A DNA stretch of 64,000 nucleotides from Octopus vulgaris (GCA_951406725.2 OX597818.1:39494001-39558000), one strand, 5' to 3'. Positions 40,040-54,534 are shown, counted from the stretch's first letter. Notes: generated from the letters alone by a model not told the origin. Translations and numbers: made by a program.

Positions 40040-42730
40040 GGAAAAGAAATGGGGAACTGAAGAATAAATAGAAATTTGGAAAAGTTAGGAAGAAGTATGG
40101 CTTGAATGTTGTTTAAGCTCAAATCACAGTTTGCTGACTATACTTTGCATCCTTCTGGTGACCAATATAAACAAGAAAAATTCCAGTATTGGGGTTAATT
40201 CAACACAACCCTGCTACCAGGAATTGAAATAAAAAGGCTTGAATGTTGTAATGGAAGAACTGAAGCAGTGCATACGTGTAAAAATATCAAAGCTAACTAG
40301 GTTTGAACAATGGATTAAGCAATACCAGTGAAACGAATTGTTTAGAACTGATCGAAAAAGATTTTGCCAAGAGATTAATGACAATAAAAAACATAAAAGA
40401 TTTATCCCTGATTCTGATGATAGTCAACTTTTCTAGGGTAAGATATGGAGTAAGCAAGAACAACTTAATACTACAGTTGAATGGCTGTGCAGCCTGAAGC
40501 AAACAGCTTCTTGCCCCAGCAAGAGGCTTTCCACTTCACAGAAGCCAGAATCAAAAATATGAGTAAAAAGACAAGCAATTGGAAAGCAGCAGGACCTGAT
40601 GGTGTACAGGGCTTTTGGATAAAAAAGTTGAGAAGTTGCCATAAACTGATCGCAGATCAATTTAATGCATTGATCGATGGAGAATAACTCCCAGGCTGGT
40701 TGACAAAAGGACGAATGACATTGTGTCTGGAGGATGCATCAAAAGGAAATGCTGCTGACAAATACCAATTTCCTGCCTCCCATTAATGTGGAAGTTACTG
40801 TCAGGAGGAATTGCAGAAGAACTGTATAAATTCCTAGATGAGAATGATATATTACAAAAAGGCAGTAGAAGGTGATGCAGAGATACCAATGATCAACTAT
40901 TGATAGACAAAATGGTAATACAGGATTATAAACAAAGGAGAACAAATCGGGAAATGGCCTGGATTGACTATCGCAAAGTTTTTGATATGATTCCACATTT
41001 GTGGATCATTGAGAGCTTAGATCTGTTTGGATTTGTGAGGAATGTAACATGTTTCCTAAAAAGAAGTATGGTGGGATGGAAAACAGAACTGACACCTTAT
41101 AGACAAAGCTTGATACTTAGGAAAACGAATCTGGGGTACCAACTAGAGGGAAAATCCCAAGCAATCAACCACCTCCAGTTCATGGATGACTTGAAACTGT
41201 ATGGCAAAGATGAGACACAAGTGAGCTCCTTGGTGAACACAGTCCACTGTTTTCGTACTGATATTAGAATGGAATTTGGACTTAAGAAGTGCAGAATAAT
41301 CTACCTAAAAAGAGGCAAGGTACAGTTCATAGTAAGGATAGAATTACCAAATAGAGACTTGATTAAGCAAATTGAAATAGAAGGGTACAAATAGCTTGGT
41401 GTACTAGAGTGCAATAAGATAATGGAAAAGGAAATGAAAGCATCTGCGAATGGAATATTTATGAAGACTGAGGTTGGTGTTGCACTCAAAATTGACTGGG
41501 TGGAATCAAATCTAAGCAGTTGATACGTGGGAAATAGCATCACTTCAGTATGGAGCAGGAATTATAAAATGGCAAAAAAGAGAGAAATGAAGAAAATGGA
41601 TACCAAGACCAGAAAAATGTTGACAGTACACAGGGCCTTCCACCCTAAGAGTGACACCAATGGGCTGTACTTGTCCATAAGAAAGGGTGGGAGAGGTTTG
41701 ATCAGTAGCCAGGACTGTATTGAAGCAGAGGAAAACCGCCTAGGGTGGTACATAAAAAATGCTGTGGAGCCACTGTTGAAACACATGAACAAGGCCAGCA
41801 TTATCAAAACTGACAATTGTGTAACTAAGGAAAAATTTAAACAAGAAATGAACAAAAAAAAAAAGAAAAAGTATGGAAGGAAAAGAAAATGTATTGTTAG
41901 ATTGCAAGAGATGTGAACACCATGACAAATACTGAGGACTAGTGGCTGTAGATGAGGAGGAGATGACCTGAAAATAGAGACAGAAGAATTCATATGTGCA
42001 GCTCAAGAACAAGTGTTAAGGATCAATTATATGAAGTGCAGAATTGACAACACTACCAATAGCAACAAATGCAGAATGTGTGGTGAGAGGGGTGAAACAG
42101 TATGGCACATTGTTAGTGAATGCCCGAAATTGGTACAAAACGGATATATACGATGCCATGACAATGTTGCAAAAATGATCCATTGGGAGCTCTGTGGAAA
42201 TCACAGCCTACAAAGAGCAAAGACGGAGTATGAGCAAATCCCAGAAGGAGTCACCGAAAATGAGAATTGCAAAATCCTGTTGGATGTAACGATCCAGTGC
42301 AATCACCTGACCAGACATAAGAAACCAGACATTGATCTGGTGAACAAAAAAGAACATGTATGATAATTGACATAGCATGCCCCAGTGACAATAGGATCAA
42401 TGTGAAACAGGAATAAAAAACAAACAACTATGATGATTAAAAGTGAGAATTAAGTAGGTTGTGGTCAATGAAGAGAGTAGACATGATACCAATAGTAGTT
42501 GGTGCACTTGGAAGCATCAGCACTCAACTACCAGCATGGCTGAAAAAGATCAGTGCAAGTGTGAAGGTAGAACACCTTCAAAAATCAGTATTGCTTGGAA
42601 CTGCAAGACTCCTTTACAGGATTCTTGAAGCATGACCAGTAAACAAGTGTCACGTTAGTCTGCTGGTTGTGGACAGCTGAGACTTTCCATTATTCCCAGC
42701 AAAATAAGGTGTGTGTTTTCATATAATAAT
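40040..42730 (+). mobile_element. Decayed R4/Dong-clade retrotransposon (RT, CCHC and restriction-like endonuclease)
   Basis: NWKAAGPDGVQGFWIK, AWIDYRKVFD, HLQFMDDLKLY, GGRGL, CRMCGERGETVWHIVSEC, KPDI...IDIACP, with many stops and frameshifts. Ends in (TAA)n. The 5' limit is approximate. Confidence 0.9.
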
Positions 42731-42858
42731 AGACTCTGTGAGACTTCTGACAAAAGGGTGCTGTCCACTCTCACAGAATCAACCAGAACAAGTAAGACCG
42801 AGATCTCTAAGAAGTAAAATATATTAATAATAATAATAATAGTATAAGTTATATCTAC

Positions 42859-43036
42859 CTTCATGCCTTTTGCCAGATCCTGTCCAGAATCAAGAAATCG
42901 AAGAGATATTCCCCTCACAAAGAGTATGATAGCTTCACACTGTATCACATAGTTGCAGACAGCTGCTAAGCTCACTGTGTTGATCATAAAAACGCCAATA
43001 ACTTCCAAGACCACAAGGCTCCAAATAGTAGCTGAA
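42859..43036 (-). CDS. 7-TM GRL-like gene exon E (TM4)
   Basis: Acceptor ...ttttcatatacag| and donor |gtagat. 178 nt, phase 2/0. Encodes SATIWSLVVLEVIGVFMINTVSLAAVCNYVIQCEAIILFVRGISLRFLDSGQDLAKGMK. Confidence 0.85.
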
Positions 43037-43535
43037 CTGTATATGAAAATTATAAAGGGAAAAAAAATTGAATTTGTTATTATTGCAGCTGTTGTTTAGT
43101 CTCAAGACAGCTTGAAACAACTTCACATTTTTCCCCCTCCAGGTATAGTAGCTGTCTCTGCTTACAGGTATGTTCTCTGCATCCCTCTCTTAACTGAGGG
43201 GTCCTACTCTTGAGAGCTCATGCTCGCTGATGTCACATAAAAAGCACTCATGCTGATGCCATGTAAAAGTGCACATGCCAGTGCTGCCTAAAAGTACTTG
43301 TGCCAGAACCACGTAGAAGGCACCTAGTACACTCTCTGAAGTATTTGGCATTAGGAAAGGGCATCCAGCCATAGAAACTAAGCTGAAACACACATTTGGA
43401 ACTTGGGCAGCTCCCTAGCTAGTCTGCTCATATCAAATTGCCCAACCTACAGCAGCATGGCAAGCAAATGTTAAATGATGATGACGATGAGGATGAAGAC
43501 AATGATATTGCTGCTGGTGGTATAAATGGCTCTTA

Positions 43536-43770
43536 AGGCAGCAGGTTGGCAGAATCACTTGCATGCCAGGTAAAATGTTTAGCGGTATTTCGTCTGCCGC
43601 TATGTTCTGAGTTCAAATTCCATCATGGTTGACCTTGCCTTTCATCCTTTCGGGGTCAATTAAATAAGTAACAGTTATGCACTAGGGTCGATATAATCGA
43701 CTTAATCCGTTTGTCTGTCCTTGTTTGTCCTCTCTGTGTTTAGCCCCTTGTGGGTAGTAAAGAAATAGAT
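43536..43770 (+). mobile_element. SINE family B (possibly Meta/MESC-domain type), representative copy
   Basis: gagttcaaattc B-box followed by gcctttcatcctttcggggtc.at.aaataagta. Minus-strand copies at ~19075-19310, 27166-27400, 46860-47097, 53245-53475 and 61225-61440. The domain assignment is from memory. Confidence 0.75.
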
Positions 43771-45060
43771 ATAACTGGCTCTATGATATAAACGTTCTTC
43801 TTTTTTAAGACAATAGGTGTAATTTGAATATTTTGCTGCAGTTTATTATAGATCAAACTAGTTGGTGTTTCAGAACATTTGTTTCTTGTAGCTATCATTA
43901 ATTTATTTATTTATTCATTGATAATGATTTATTTAATCAAAACTACTGCCATGTATTTACATAGAAGCATTTATCTATCAACCAGTTGGTTCAGGGTTCA
44001 CATCCCATTGCCAGTATACTGAAATATCCTTGTGGCCATCATCATCATCATCATCATTTAATGTCCACTTTCCATGGTAACATGGGTAGGACGATTTGAC
44101 TGAGGTCTGGCGAACCAGATACCAATCTGATCTGGCAGAGTTTCTACAGCTGGATGCCCTTCCTAATGCCAACCACTCCGAGAGTGTAGTGGGTGCTTTT
44201 ACGTACCACCGGCATGAGGGCCAGTTAGGTGGTGCTTATTATGTGCCACCTGCACAGGAGCCAGTCCAGCGGCACTGGCAACGACCTTGCTCGAATGTTT
44301 TATTTTTTCCTTGTGCCACCAGTACAAGTGCTATGGCACTTAATTCTCAATAATTTTATTCCACCTTCAATCACCTTACTTCATCTAAGTTGATCAACTC
44401 ACAAGTGTTAGCAGTTGAATTATTAATAGATTTACAAGTTTAATTCATTAGTGTGTAGTTCTGATATTATTAGCCTGTGGGGAAATAGAAGAATTAGCAT
44501 GGCAGGATTTTGCTATATTAAAGTGCAATTTCATTTTGTGTCAGAAGATGGGAAAATATCTGTAGTAATGCTTTGTATAATACATTTGTTATGCATATTT
44601 ATAGTAATATGTTTCGTATAATTTGTAGCACAACAAAAGTTCTTAGATAAGAATAAACCGTTTTATTCTGAAATGTCGGTGATCTAGCGAATAGCATTTT
44701 GACAGGATGCCAAATTCAGCAGTCTGAAGAGTATATGGTAAACAAAGTATATGAATGCATGGTTTGAGAGTCATTAAAGCTATGCGTAAGAATATTCTTA
44801 ACAAGGTTAGAGATACCTTTCACTGGTTTCAGTTATTAGAATTGTGGCCATGCTGGGGCCTTGAAAGGTTTAGCTGAACAAATTGAAACTAGTACTTATT
44901 TCTAAGTCTTGTACCTATTCCATTCAACTCTTGTCAAAGTTCCAGGTTATAGGGATACAAACAAACCAGCAACCTTGTCAAACAGTTGTAGGAGACAAAC
45001 ATAAATATAAATATACACACACACACAAAGACACTTACAAAGACACACATACAAAGACAT

Positions 45061-45093
<33 letters not shown>

Positions 45094-45867
45094 GACACAT
45101 ATTTAATTCTTTATTGCCCACAAGGGGTTAAACATAGAGGGGACAAACAAGGACAGACAAAGGGACTAAGTCGATTATATCGACCCCGGTGCGTAACTGG
45201 TACTTATTTAATTGACCCCAATGCGTAACTGGTACTTATTTAATCGACCCAGAAAGGATGGAAGGAAAAGTCGACCTTGGTGGCAAGGACACATATTTAC
45301 AAAGCCACACACACAAAGGCATGCACCCCACCACACACACACACACATACACAAAGACACACACTTACAAAGACATACCAACACATGCACACACACATAC
45401 ACATGCACACTCATACACACAAAGACATGCACACACACATCTATATATACACAATGAACATCCACACAGTTTTCATTTCCCAAATTCACTCATAACATAT
45501 TGGTTGGTCCATGGCTACAGAGTAGGAGACACCTGCCCCAGAGGCCACATGGGGGGACTGAACTTGAAACCACTTGGCTGCAAAGTAAGCTTCTTAACTA
45601 CACAGACATGCCTGTACCTTGACAAGTTAAATGAGGAATTTAGCATGAAGTTTGGCCAGTTTTGCCCAACACAAACACACAAAAACATGTATTCATTCAC
45701 ACATAGGCACAGGAGTGGCTGTGTGGTAAGTAGTTTGCTTACCAACCACATGTTTCTGGGTTCAGTCCCACTGCGTGGCATCTTCAGCAAGTGTCTTCTA
45801 TGATAGCCCCGGGCTGACAAAAGCCTTGTGAGTGGATTTGGTAGATGGAAACTGAAAGAAGCCTGTC

Positions 45868-46457
45868 ATAGGATCATAGCCCAACTAATTAGAGAGAAAG
45901 TCTGCTTAGATGAGATGCAATTTGGTTTTGTGCCGGGTAGAAGCATCACTGATGCTATTTCCAGGTATGGCAACTGCAGAAGAAATACCTAGCCAAAAGT
46001 AAACCTCTATGCTTGGCTTTTAGTGGATTTGGTAGATGGAAACTGAAAGAAGCCTGTCATGGGATCATAGCCCAACTAATTAGAGTGAAAGTCTGCTTAG
46101 ATGAGATGCAATTTGGTTTTGTGCTGGGTAGAAGCACCACTGATGCTATTTCCAGGTATGGCAACTGCAGAAGAAATACCTAGCCAAAAGTAAACCTCTA
46201 TACTTGGCTTTTGTGAACTTGGAGAAAGCCTTTGACAGTGTCCCCTGATTCCTTATCTGGTGGGTGATGTGGAAACTGGGGATTGACAAATGGTTAATAA
46301 GGGCTGTACATGCCCTATACAGAGATGCCGTTAGTAAGGTTAGGGTTGGCAATGAGTATAGTGAAGAATTCTGGGTAGAAGTAGGAGTCCACCAAGGATC
46401 AGCCCTCAGTCCCCTCTTATTCATCATAGTCCTCCAGGCAATAACAGAGGAATTCAT
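45868..46457 (+). mobile_element. RTE-type RT fragment with a 191-bp tandem duplication
   Basis: EMQFGFV.GRS.TDAI, AFVNLEKAFDSVP, GVHQGSALSPLLF. Confidence 0.85.
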
Positions 46458-48300
46458 TTTCGGAAGTTGCTGCTCAGTGGGAATACCCAAGACCACGTGG
46501 TTAGGAAGCTAGCTTCTTAACCACACAGCCACACCTGTATCTATAACCACACCTGTGCCTTTCTGATAATTTGTCTTACCTTGGTGATCAGTTTAATTAC
46601 TTCTGTAGGTAACTTTAGTACAAATGTTATTGCTAGTGTAAGGAAGTGGTGACAGTGTACAGGGAACTGTTACTTCTTTGGGCAACAAATGATTAGCTTA
46701 TTCTGAATGAATGAAAGGCAGAGATAGTGGTAACCACATTTGAAGTCAAAAATATATGGAAACGTTGCCAAATGGTTATTTATTTATTATTTAGTCATAC
46801 ACCCTCCAAGACAAGTGAGATCAATGCCATTAAAATTCCATTTAAACTGTTGCTAGTTAATACCTATTTCTTTACTACCCACAAGGGGCTAAAACACAGA
46901 GAGGACAAACAAAGACAGACAAACAGACTAAGTCGATTATATCGACCCCAGTGCATAACCGGTACTTATTTAATCGACCCCGAAAGGATGAAAGGCAAAG
47001 TCGACCTCAGTGGAATTTGAATTCAGAACGTAGCGGCAGACGAAATACCGCAAAGTATTTTGCCTGGTGTGCTAACGTTTCTACCAGCTTGCTGCCTTTT
47101 TGCTAGTTAATATCTACTGGGAAGACATTAGCAGGGAGGGGGCTCCAGACAGGCAATATTCTGGGGAGAAAGGACTAGACATAGGAATTAGTGTGGTGAC
47201 TGGGGGAGGGAAAGTTGGATGGGACACAACAAGGATAAGGAAAGGAGGAGAGACAGGTGTGTGCTGGGAGTGACTGAGGAGGGGCTACAAGACTAGTAGA
47301 CTAGTATTTAGTATGAGATTCATTTCAGCTACCTTTAGTTCATGCATAATCATCATCATCGTTTAATGTCTGTTTTCCATGCTAGCATGGGTTGAACGGT
47401 TCAACTGGGGTCTGGGAAGCCAGATGGCTGCGCCAGGCCCAGTCTGATCTGGCAGTGTTTCTACAGCTGGATGCCCTTCCTAATGCCAACCACTCCGTGA
47501 GTGTAGTGGGTGCTTTTTACGTGCCACCTGCACAGGTGCCAGATGAGGCTGGCAAACGGCCACAATCGGATGGTGCTTTTTACGTACCACCGGCACGGAG
47601 GCCAGACGAGGCTGGCAACGGCCACAATCAGATGGTGCTTTTTTTTACGTGCCACCAGCACGGAGGCCAGTCAGGGCAGCGCTGGCAACAGCCACGTTCG
47701 GATGGTTCTCTTATGTGCCACCGGCACTGGTATCACAGCTACAATTTCCATCGATTTTGATTTTGATTTTGATTTTTGATTTTCACAGCAAATCTATATG
47801 CCTGATTCTTACACTTTATCCAAGATATTTGTAGTTATTTTTATGTTAGTGTCACATGGTTAAAGTATTTGTGAAGCCAGAGTTATACATGGGAATGACT
47901 ACATTCAAATGTTAAATAATAGCCACCAAAACAGGATTAGAATAAATAGGTCACAACCAAGCAATAACATATGAATGATTTTACTTCCTATGCATAAACC
48001 TTTTGAATTAAGGACCTATTGGAAATTCCAGTCATATATTTTTATAAACAACACCTTTATGACTCATGTTGAGTAATATAATCTTGAACAATGATGGGAT
48101 AGCCAGAGCTTTAATGGTGTTGATCATATATCAATATGACAGGTAATCACCCAAGGCTAAGCAACAATGGGAAGAATAGCAACTGGCTCTCATAACATCA
48201 TGGCAGGTATGTCAAATATTTCAACATTACAAGATTATTCTCCTTAGAGATGACAATAAGGCAATATATAAATAATCTACTGAATGCATTGCTTGCTTAC

Positions 48301-48408
48301 CTTAAACTTTCAGTGGTTATAAATATATGTGAACGATAAATCCAAAAATAGAGTATTTGCAGGCCAACTATCATTAATACCCATGTGATTCCAGCTCCCA
48401 TGAATATC
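48301..48408 (-). CDS. 7-TM GRL-like gene exon D (TM3)
   Basis: Acceptor ...ttcattttttttag| and donor |gtaagc. 108 nt, phase 2/2. Encodes IFMGAGITWVLMIVGLQILYFWIYRSHIFITTESL(S). Confidence 0.85.
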
Positions 48409-48635
48409 CTAAAAAAAAATGAATAAAAATAAAAAGAAGTTGATGTTTAAAAAGATGAATATTTTGAATATGAAAGAATAATGTTTATTTTTGCTGAAAA
48501 GGGCAGCCCTGCTACCACCATGTAAATCAACCATTTTAAAAATTCAAAATTGAAATACAATAGAAAAATATTACAGAACACAAGGTGAGTATACTCAGAA
48601 ATGGGAATGAGACATCAAAAACAATTATAATTATT

Positions 48636-49392
48636 ACATTTCCTGTTGTCTGGCTGACCGCTGGGTCACCACTGATGACTTTGTGACCAGATTCTTCCAC
48701 TCGTCTCTGTCTTCTGCTTTTTGGACTGCATCTCACAGATGTTTTCTCAACTCTTTCTCTGTCTGCCTCTACATCTGCCATCTTTGACTATTTCTGAAGG
48801 ATTATTTTGGTCATCCCCGATAAACGCAGGACACACCCAAACCACCTGAGCTTGCATTTCTTTACTGTGGTAAAAAAGTTCTTCTTAGGGCCCTATTGCT
48901 TGCCTTATTCTTCTTTTCACTTCCTCATTTGTGACACGACCTCCGTATGATATTCCCTATAATCCCCTGAAACATTTCATCTCTGCAGCCTGGATTCTTC
49001 TTTCGATTTCTGCGATCAGTATCCATGTCTTACATGTGTACGGGAATACTGAGATCACTAGTGATCTTATTAGTCTAATTTTGGAGCTCAGTGAGATATT
49101 TCTATCTTTCCCAGGTGATCTGAATTTGGTCATTGCTGCTCTTGTTTTGGCAATATGGGACATCACTTCAGACTTGGAACCTTGGTCACTCACTATCACC
49201 CCAAGATATTTGAAGATTTGAACTTGTCCAAGCTCAACTCCACTGATTCTCTTTGGGCAGTTAGTCATAACATTTGCTTCTCTGCACTTATCTCCATGCC
49301 AGATTCATTGGAGATTTTGTCTAGGCACTGTACTAGTTGTTTCAATTCTTGTTCTAAGCTGGCCAGTCTGACAGTATCATCTGCAAAGTGCC
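48636..49392 (-). mobile_element. RTE (BovB-like) LINE 3' fragment
   Basis: FADD, FKYLGVIV, KIRLIRSLVISVF and RRIQAAEMKCFR. Confidence 0.85.
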
Positions 49393-50674
49393 ATTAATAC
49401 ATGTGAACTTATAAAAAGTCAGTCATAAAAAAATTATGTACATATAATCAGATATAGACACACACATATATATAATATATATGTGTATGTATGTATGTAT
49501 GTATGTATGTATGTATGTATGTATAGCATCTTCATCATCATCATCATCATCAGCTTTTAGTATTTGTTTTCCATGCTGGCATATATAATGGGTAAAGACC
49601 TCCTTCGGTTATGAATCACCATGTGACTGCACCTAGAAAGTTCCCTTCTGAGGCACAAGTCCAGGCAAGGTTGTTTACAGAAGACCAGCTATCACCTATG
49701 CATACCAGCCTTTCCTCTCCATGCCACTGATGTTATCCAAGGGAATGACAAAGGCTGATGCAACTTGGCACCAGTGATGTTGCAAATCCTTTTTGCCAGC
49801 TGAGTGAACTGGAGCAACATGAAATGAAGTGTCTTGCTCAAGAACATGCCACACAGCCCAGTCCAGAAATCAAACTCGCTACTTCATGATTGTGAGCCTG
49901 ATCTGCTGCATTGGAAACCTGCAATGGCTCCAACATATTTCAGTGTATGTTGTTAGTGCTGATGCTGTTGTTGTTGCTGCTAGCACTGCCATTGCTGCTG
50001 CTACTGCTGGACACCACTTCTACCTCATAGACCCCAACCTCAGAGTTGCATTGACTACCTACTGGGTACTCACTGTTAACTCCTACATGAGCATCCTGCC
50101 TCTGTATAAAGTTTAGGGGCGTTCACTAAATTCTTTAACTGATCAGCTATAACCAACAACTACATGAAATATTACTGCTCAAAAACAATTGGGTGGGGTT
50201 AGGGACACTACTTGGAGGGTCGCCCAGGATGGCCCAAGCAAATACTGACAAGTGGTGGATGCAGTGATGTAGTGCATTGGCACATCCCCACATCTGATCT
50301 AACCTGTGTGCATCTCATAAATTATTTTGCTTGGAAGACATCAGGACACATCAGTAAAATCATTATATAATTATTGCAGATGAGGAAACAGCGCGATAGT
50401 TAGAATGGTGAAGAGGGATGGGTATTATGCAGCAGATTCCAAACACTGATATACCAATTCTTTTTAAATATAATATGGAAATTCTGAAGCTTGTTAACAT
50501 GCAGTCATGAATATTCTTCTTCTTGTTGACGTTTAATCCCTAATAAACTCTGACTGAGTTGACCTATAATCAAAATTATTCTAACCCATGACCCTCTCGT
50601 GATTTTAGGAGTGGGTGATGATATACTGTTACTACATTATCTAATATATGTTTTTCTTATTTAAGCTTGTAGAT

Positions 50675-51368
50675 CAGGGGTTCTCAACCATTTTAATTAT
50701 CTATGGACCCCTTTAATTCATATTTTACTTGGGTATTGTATTTTTATAATTTACTCTTTTTATACTCTTTTTACTTGTTTCAGTCATTTGACTGTGACCA
50801 TGCTGGAGCACCACCATTTAGTAGAGCAAATCAACCCCAGGACTTTATTCCTTGTAAGCCTAGTACTTATTCTATCAGCCTTTTTTACCGAACCGCTAAG
50901 TTACAAGGATGTAAACACACCAGCATTGGTTGTCAAGCAATGCTGGTGGGACAAACACAGACACACAAATACATACACACACACATACATATATATATAC
51001 ATATATACGATGAGCTTCTTTCAGTTTCCGTCTGCCAAATCCACTCACAAGGCTTTGGTTGGCCCAAGGGTATAGTAGAAGACACTTTCCCAAGGTGCCA
51101 TGCATTGGGACTGAACCCAGAACCATGTGGTTGGTAAGCAAGCTACTTACCACACAGCCACTCCTTTTGTATAAAAATTGTTGAAATAGTTTGTGTATTT
51201 TGGACGTATAAACAATTTATTGCACACAAACTTTACTAGTCTAAAATAGTTTTTCATGGCCCATGAAAAATTACAGTGGACCCCCAATTTACTATATTGC
51301 ATCAGTGGACCCTGCAAAATCTTATATGGACTGCAAGGGTCCATATGAGCCCAAGTTGAGAACTCCTG
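50675..51368. mobile_element. hAT (Charlie-like) MITE containing a nested family-A SINE
   Basis: TIRs CAGGGGTTCTCAAC / GTTGAGAACTCCTG and an 8-bp TSD ttgtagat/ctgtagag. Confidence 0.8.
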
Positions 51369-51527
51369 CTGTAGAGTATGCTTTCAGAGGGATTTGTGAA
51401 CTATTTCTAGTAGTTTAAGAAACCACATAGCAACACACTAATTTGGCTACTGAGTAGTGTGGTTTGAGTGGATTAGAGAGTTGGTCCATGGAAAGAGAAT
51501 CATAAAAGATAAAAATACAACACGTAC

Positions 51528-51595
51528 CTGAAATTTCTTACCATGACATTGTTTGAAACATTCCGATTTCGTAGAGATTCTATCTCAAGAAAGAC
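51528..51595 (-). CDS. 7-TM GRL-like gene exon C
   Basis: Acceptor ...ctctcatttaccag| and donor |gtacgt. 68 nt, phase 0/2. Encodes VFLEIESLRNRNVSNNVMVRNF(R). Confidence 0.8.
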
Positions 51596-52099
51596 CTGGT
51601 AAATGAGAGAAAGAAAAGGATAGAATATTTCAGATAACATCCACTATGATATAGCTATAGATAATACTGAAGATGTACTGTGAGGAAGGAGAAAAAAGAA
51701 GTAACAAGAAAAGCACTTGGAGAGCATAGACCTCCGCCAAGCAGCTCATTTCCACCCATATACATGCATGCTGAAAATCTCCCAATTGCATCTACAAAAC
51801 AGAACAGTTTGAAGATAGAAACCAGGTCTAGACACAATAGCTTATAGACATACTCTGAATGTAGTTCTACATAAATATTTAATCATTTTTTTATACTTAA
51901 GACCATCAGAAATGTTAAGATATCAGCCTCTACCCATGTTGTCATGCTTTGATTAAAAGGTTACAGCATAGATTAGATTACTTAGATAAGTTTTGGTCGA
52001 AGTTGACTCAGGCCATGTCTAATTTAATAGCACGATCTGAAAGAGATACACAGTCAGCTCTGGGGAACCGTAGCCCATTCAAGCAGAAGGTTATTGTTT

Positions 52100-52445
52100 T
52101 CAGAGACATATCTGGGTGTGAGTGGTTTATCTTGTATTTGTTGGGGATCATTTGAATGCTATGAAGTCGCTTTCCTCCTTTATGTGTCTGGCATGATATT
52201 GAAGAGAGCAGGGCCAATTGAGGTGAAATAGTTCTGTCATAGTGTTGTGATACGACACGAACATTTCTGTAGTGGACGGATGGCATGGGAGCCAAGCCTC
52301 GGTCGAATTTTAAAGATGGGCCATATTGATGGAATATTTTCCACATCATACAGATGGTATAGAGCTTACAGCAGTGGTGGAGGGAGCAAAGCCTAAGCTT
52401 TTTGAGTTGATCCCAATAGTCAAGGCTTGTTATGTCATCCTCCAC
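52100..52445 (-). mobile_element. Decayed CR1-group LINE 3' fragment
   Basis: LDYWDQLKKLRLCSL...ICMMWKI resembles the C-terminus of the ORF2 at 4225-7329. Confidence 0.6.
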
Positions 52446-54534
52446 AGACCTCTGGCAAGCAGCTCATTTTAAGATAGATACGCGAGTAAAATTACTAATA
52501 GAGAAACGAAAATAAACTTTGGAAACAGCAACACCACCATAGGTTACGTAGAAACGATGAACGTGTTGACAAGAGAAACAGGTAGAGAACAAAAGAAAAA
52601 ATAATGTAATATTTTTTATCACTTGTTTTTTTACAAGTTTCAGTCTTTGAACTGTAGCCATGCGGGAGTACTTCACTAAAGATTTTTGCTGAACGAATTG
52701 CCCCCAGAACTTATTTCTTTTTAAAATTTGGTACTTATTCTTTTAGTCTCTTTTGCCATTTAGTTAAGTAACAGGGACATGAACAAACCAACACTGTTTA
52801 TCAAGCAGTGGTGAGGAGCAAACAAAAAGACACACACACATAGCACATAGATATATACATACACCATGCATGCACACAGGCACACACACACACATAGTGC
52901 ATAGATATATACATACATACACATAGACACACGCGCACACACACACACACATGAAGGACTTCTACACAGTCTCCGTCAATCATATTTACTCACAAGGCAT
53001 TGATCAGCCTAGATTTATAGTAGAAGACACTAGTTCATGGTGCTGTACAGTGGGACTGAACCCAAAATCACATGGTCACAAAGCAAGCTGCTTAACTACA
53101 CAGCCATGCCTGGTAAACAATGACAAAATAGAAGAAGGCCTGAGAATCAAAATGTAAAAGTAGATGTGATATTGAATGACCCACCCATAGATCTGTACTT
53201 TACTGGTGTTTTGGTTCTTTATTTAGACAAAATATTTAATTATTATTTCTTTAATGCCCACAAGGGGCTAAACATAGAGAGGACAAACAAGGACAGTCAA
53301 AGGGATTAAGTCGATTGCATCGACCCCAATGCGTAACTGGTACTTAATTTATCAACCCCAAAAAGATGAAAGGCAAAGTCGACCTTGGCAGAATTTGAAC
53401 TCAGAACGTACCGGCAGACGAAATACCACTAAGCATTTCACCCGGCATGCTAACGTTTCTGCCAACTCGCTGCCTTAAAATATTTAATTATATGCTCTGT
53501 AATTCACCTAGCTTTTGGAAATAGGTGCCAGGTTATGCAAAAATATTTCTTCAGATTGGTTGGTACCTTTCCAGAAGAGATTTATTCATTGCTTATTGCC
53601 ATGAACTGGTTGAAAATCTTCAATCCATTAGAACTTGCATGAGGCTGAACTACACCCATTTCCCATTAACTATAGGATTTGTGTGGCATTGTGTATTGCT
53701 GCATCTTTTAAGACTAATAATATTGGAATAGCAGCTCCTCACAGAAGAACTGTGGTCTTTGAAGTTGACATTCTCATCTGCACTTAAAATATGAATAACT
53801 CTAAGAGAAAATTTCAGGTTTCTTGTGGTGTGTATATCCAACCCCTTTGTTCAGAGATAGAATTCTGTCAAAGCCAATTATGCTTTTCAATCAGTAGGGT
53901 TGATAAAATAAAGTACCAGTCAAGTACTGGAATTGAACTAATTGAGTGATGTTAGTGTTTCACTGTTTCATTCAAGTAAGAAACTGTGGTTGAGAAATCT
54001 GAAATATTCTCTTAGACAATATTGTCTAATTCCCAAAAGAACTTGCTAATTCACTGCTTTTTAGATCTAAATAGTTCAAGGCTTAGGAAATGTATGCATT
54101 TTAATGCTACTCTGAGTTCTACTATTAAAACTAAATTATTGAAATAGTTATAATGGTTTTTAAAAATATGCAAAAGCATAGTAATTATATTGATATCAAA
54201 ATTTGGCACAAGGTTACTAATTTACTGTTGGAAAGTCAATTTTTATGCTTAAAACACAGTTTTAAAACTCTCGATAGCAAATATTGATTTCAAATTTTGG
54301 CCCAAGGTGAACAGTAAGGGAGAGGTAAATTGATTACATTGACCCCAGTGTTCAACTGGTACTTATTTTATCGACCCTGAAAGTACGAAAAGCAAAGTCA
54401 ACCTTGGTGGCATTTGAACACAGAACATAAAGTAAAAAAAAATGCTGCTCAGTATTTTTTTCCAGTGCAGTAATGATTCTGCCAGCTTGCCATCTTTCTA
54501 AATATCAAATGTTGATGTTGATTTCAGTCTTTAA

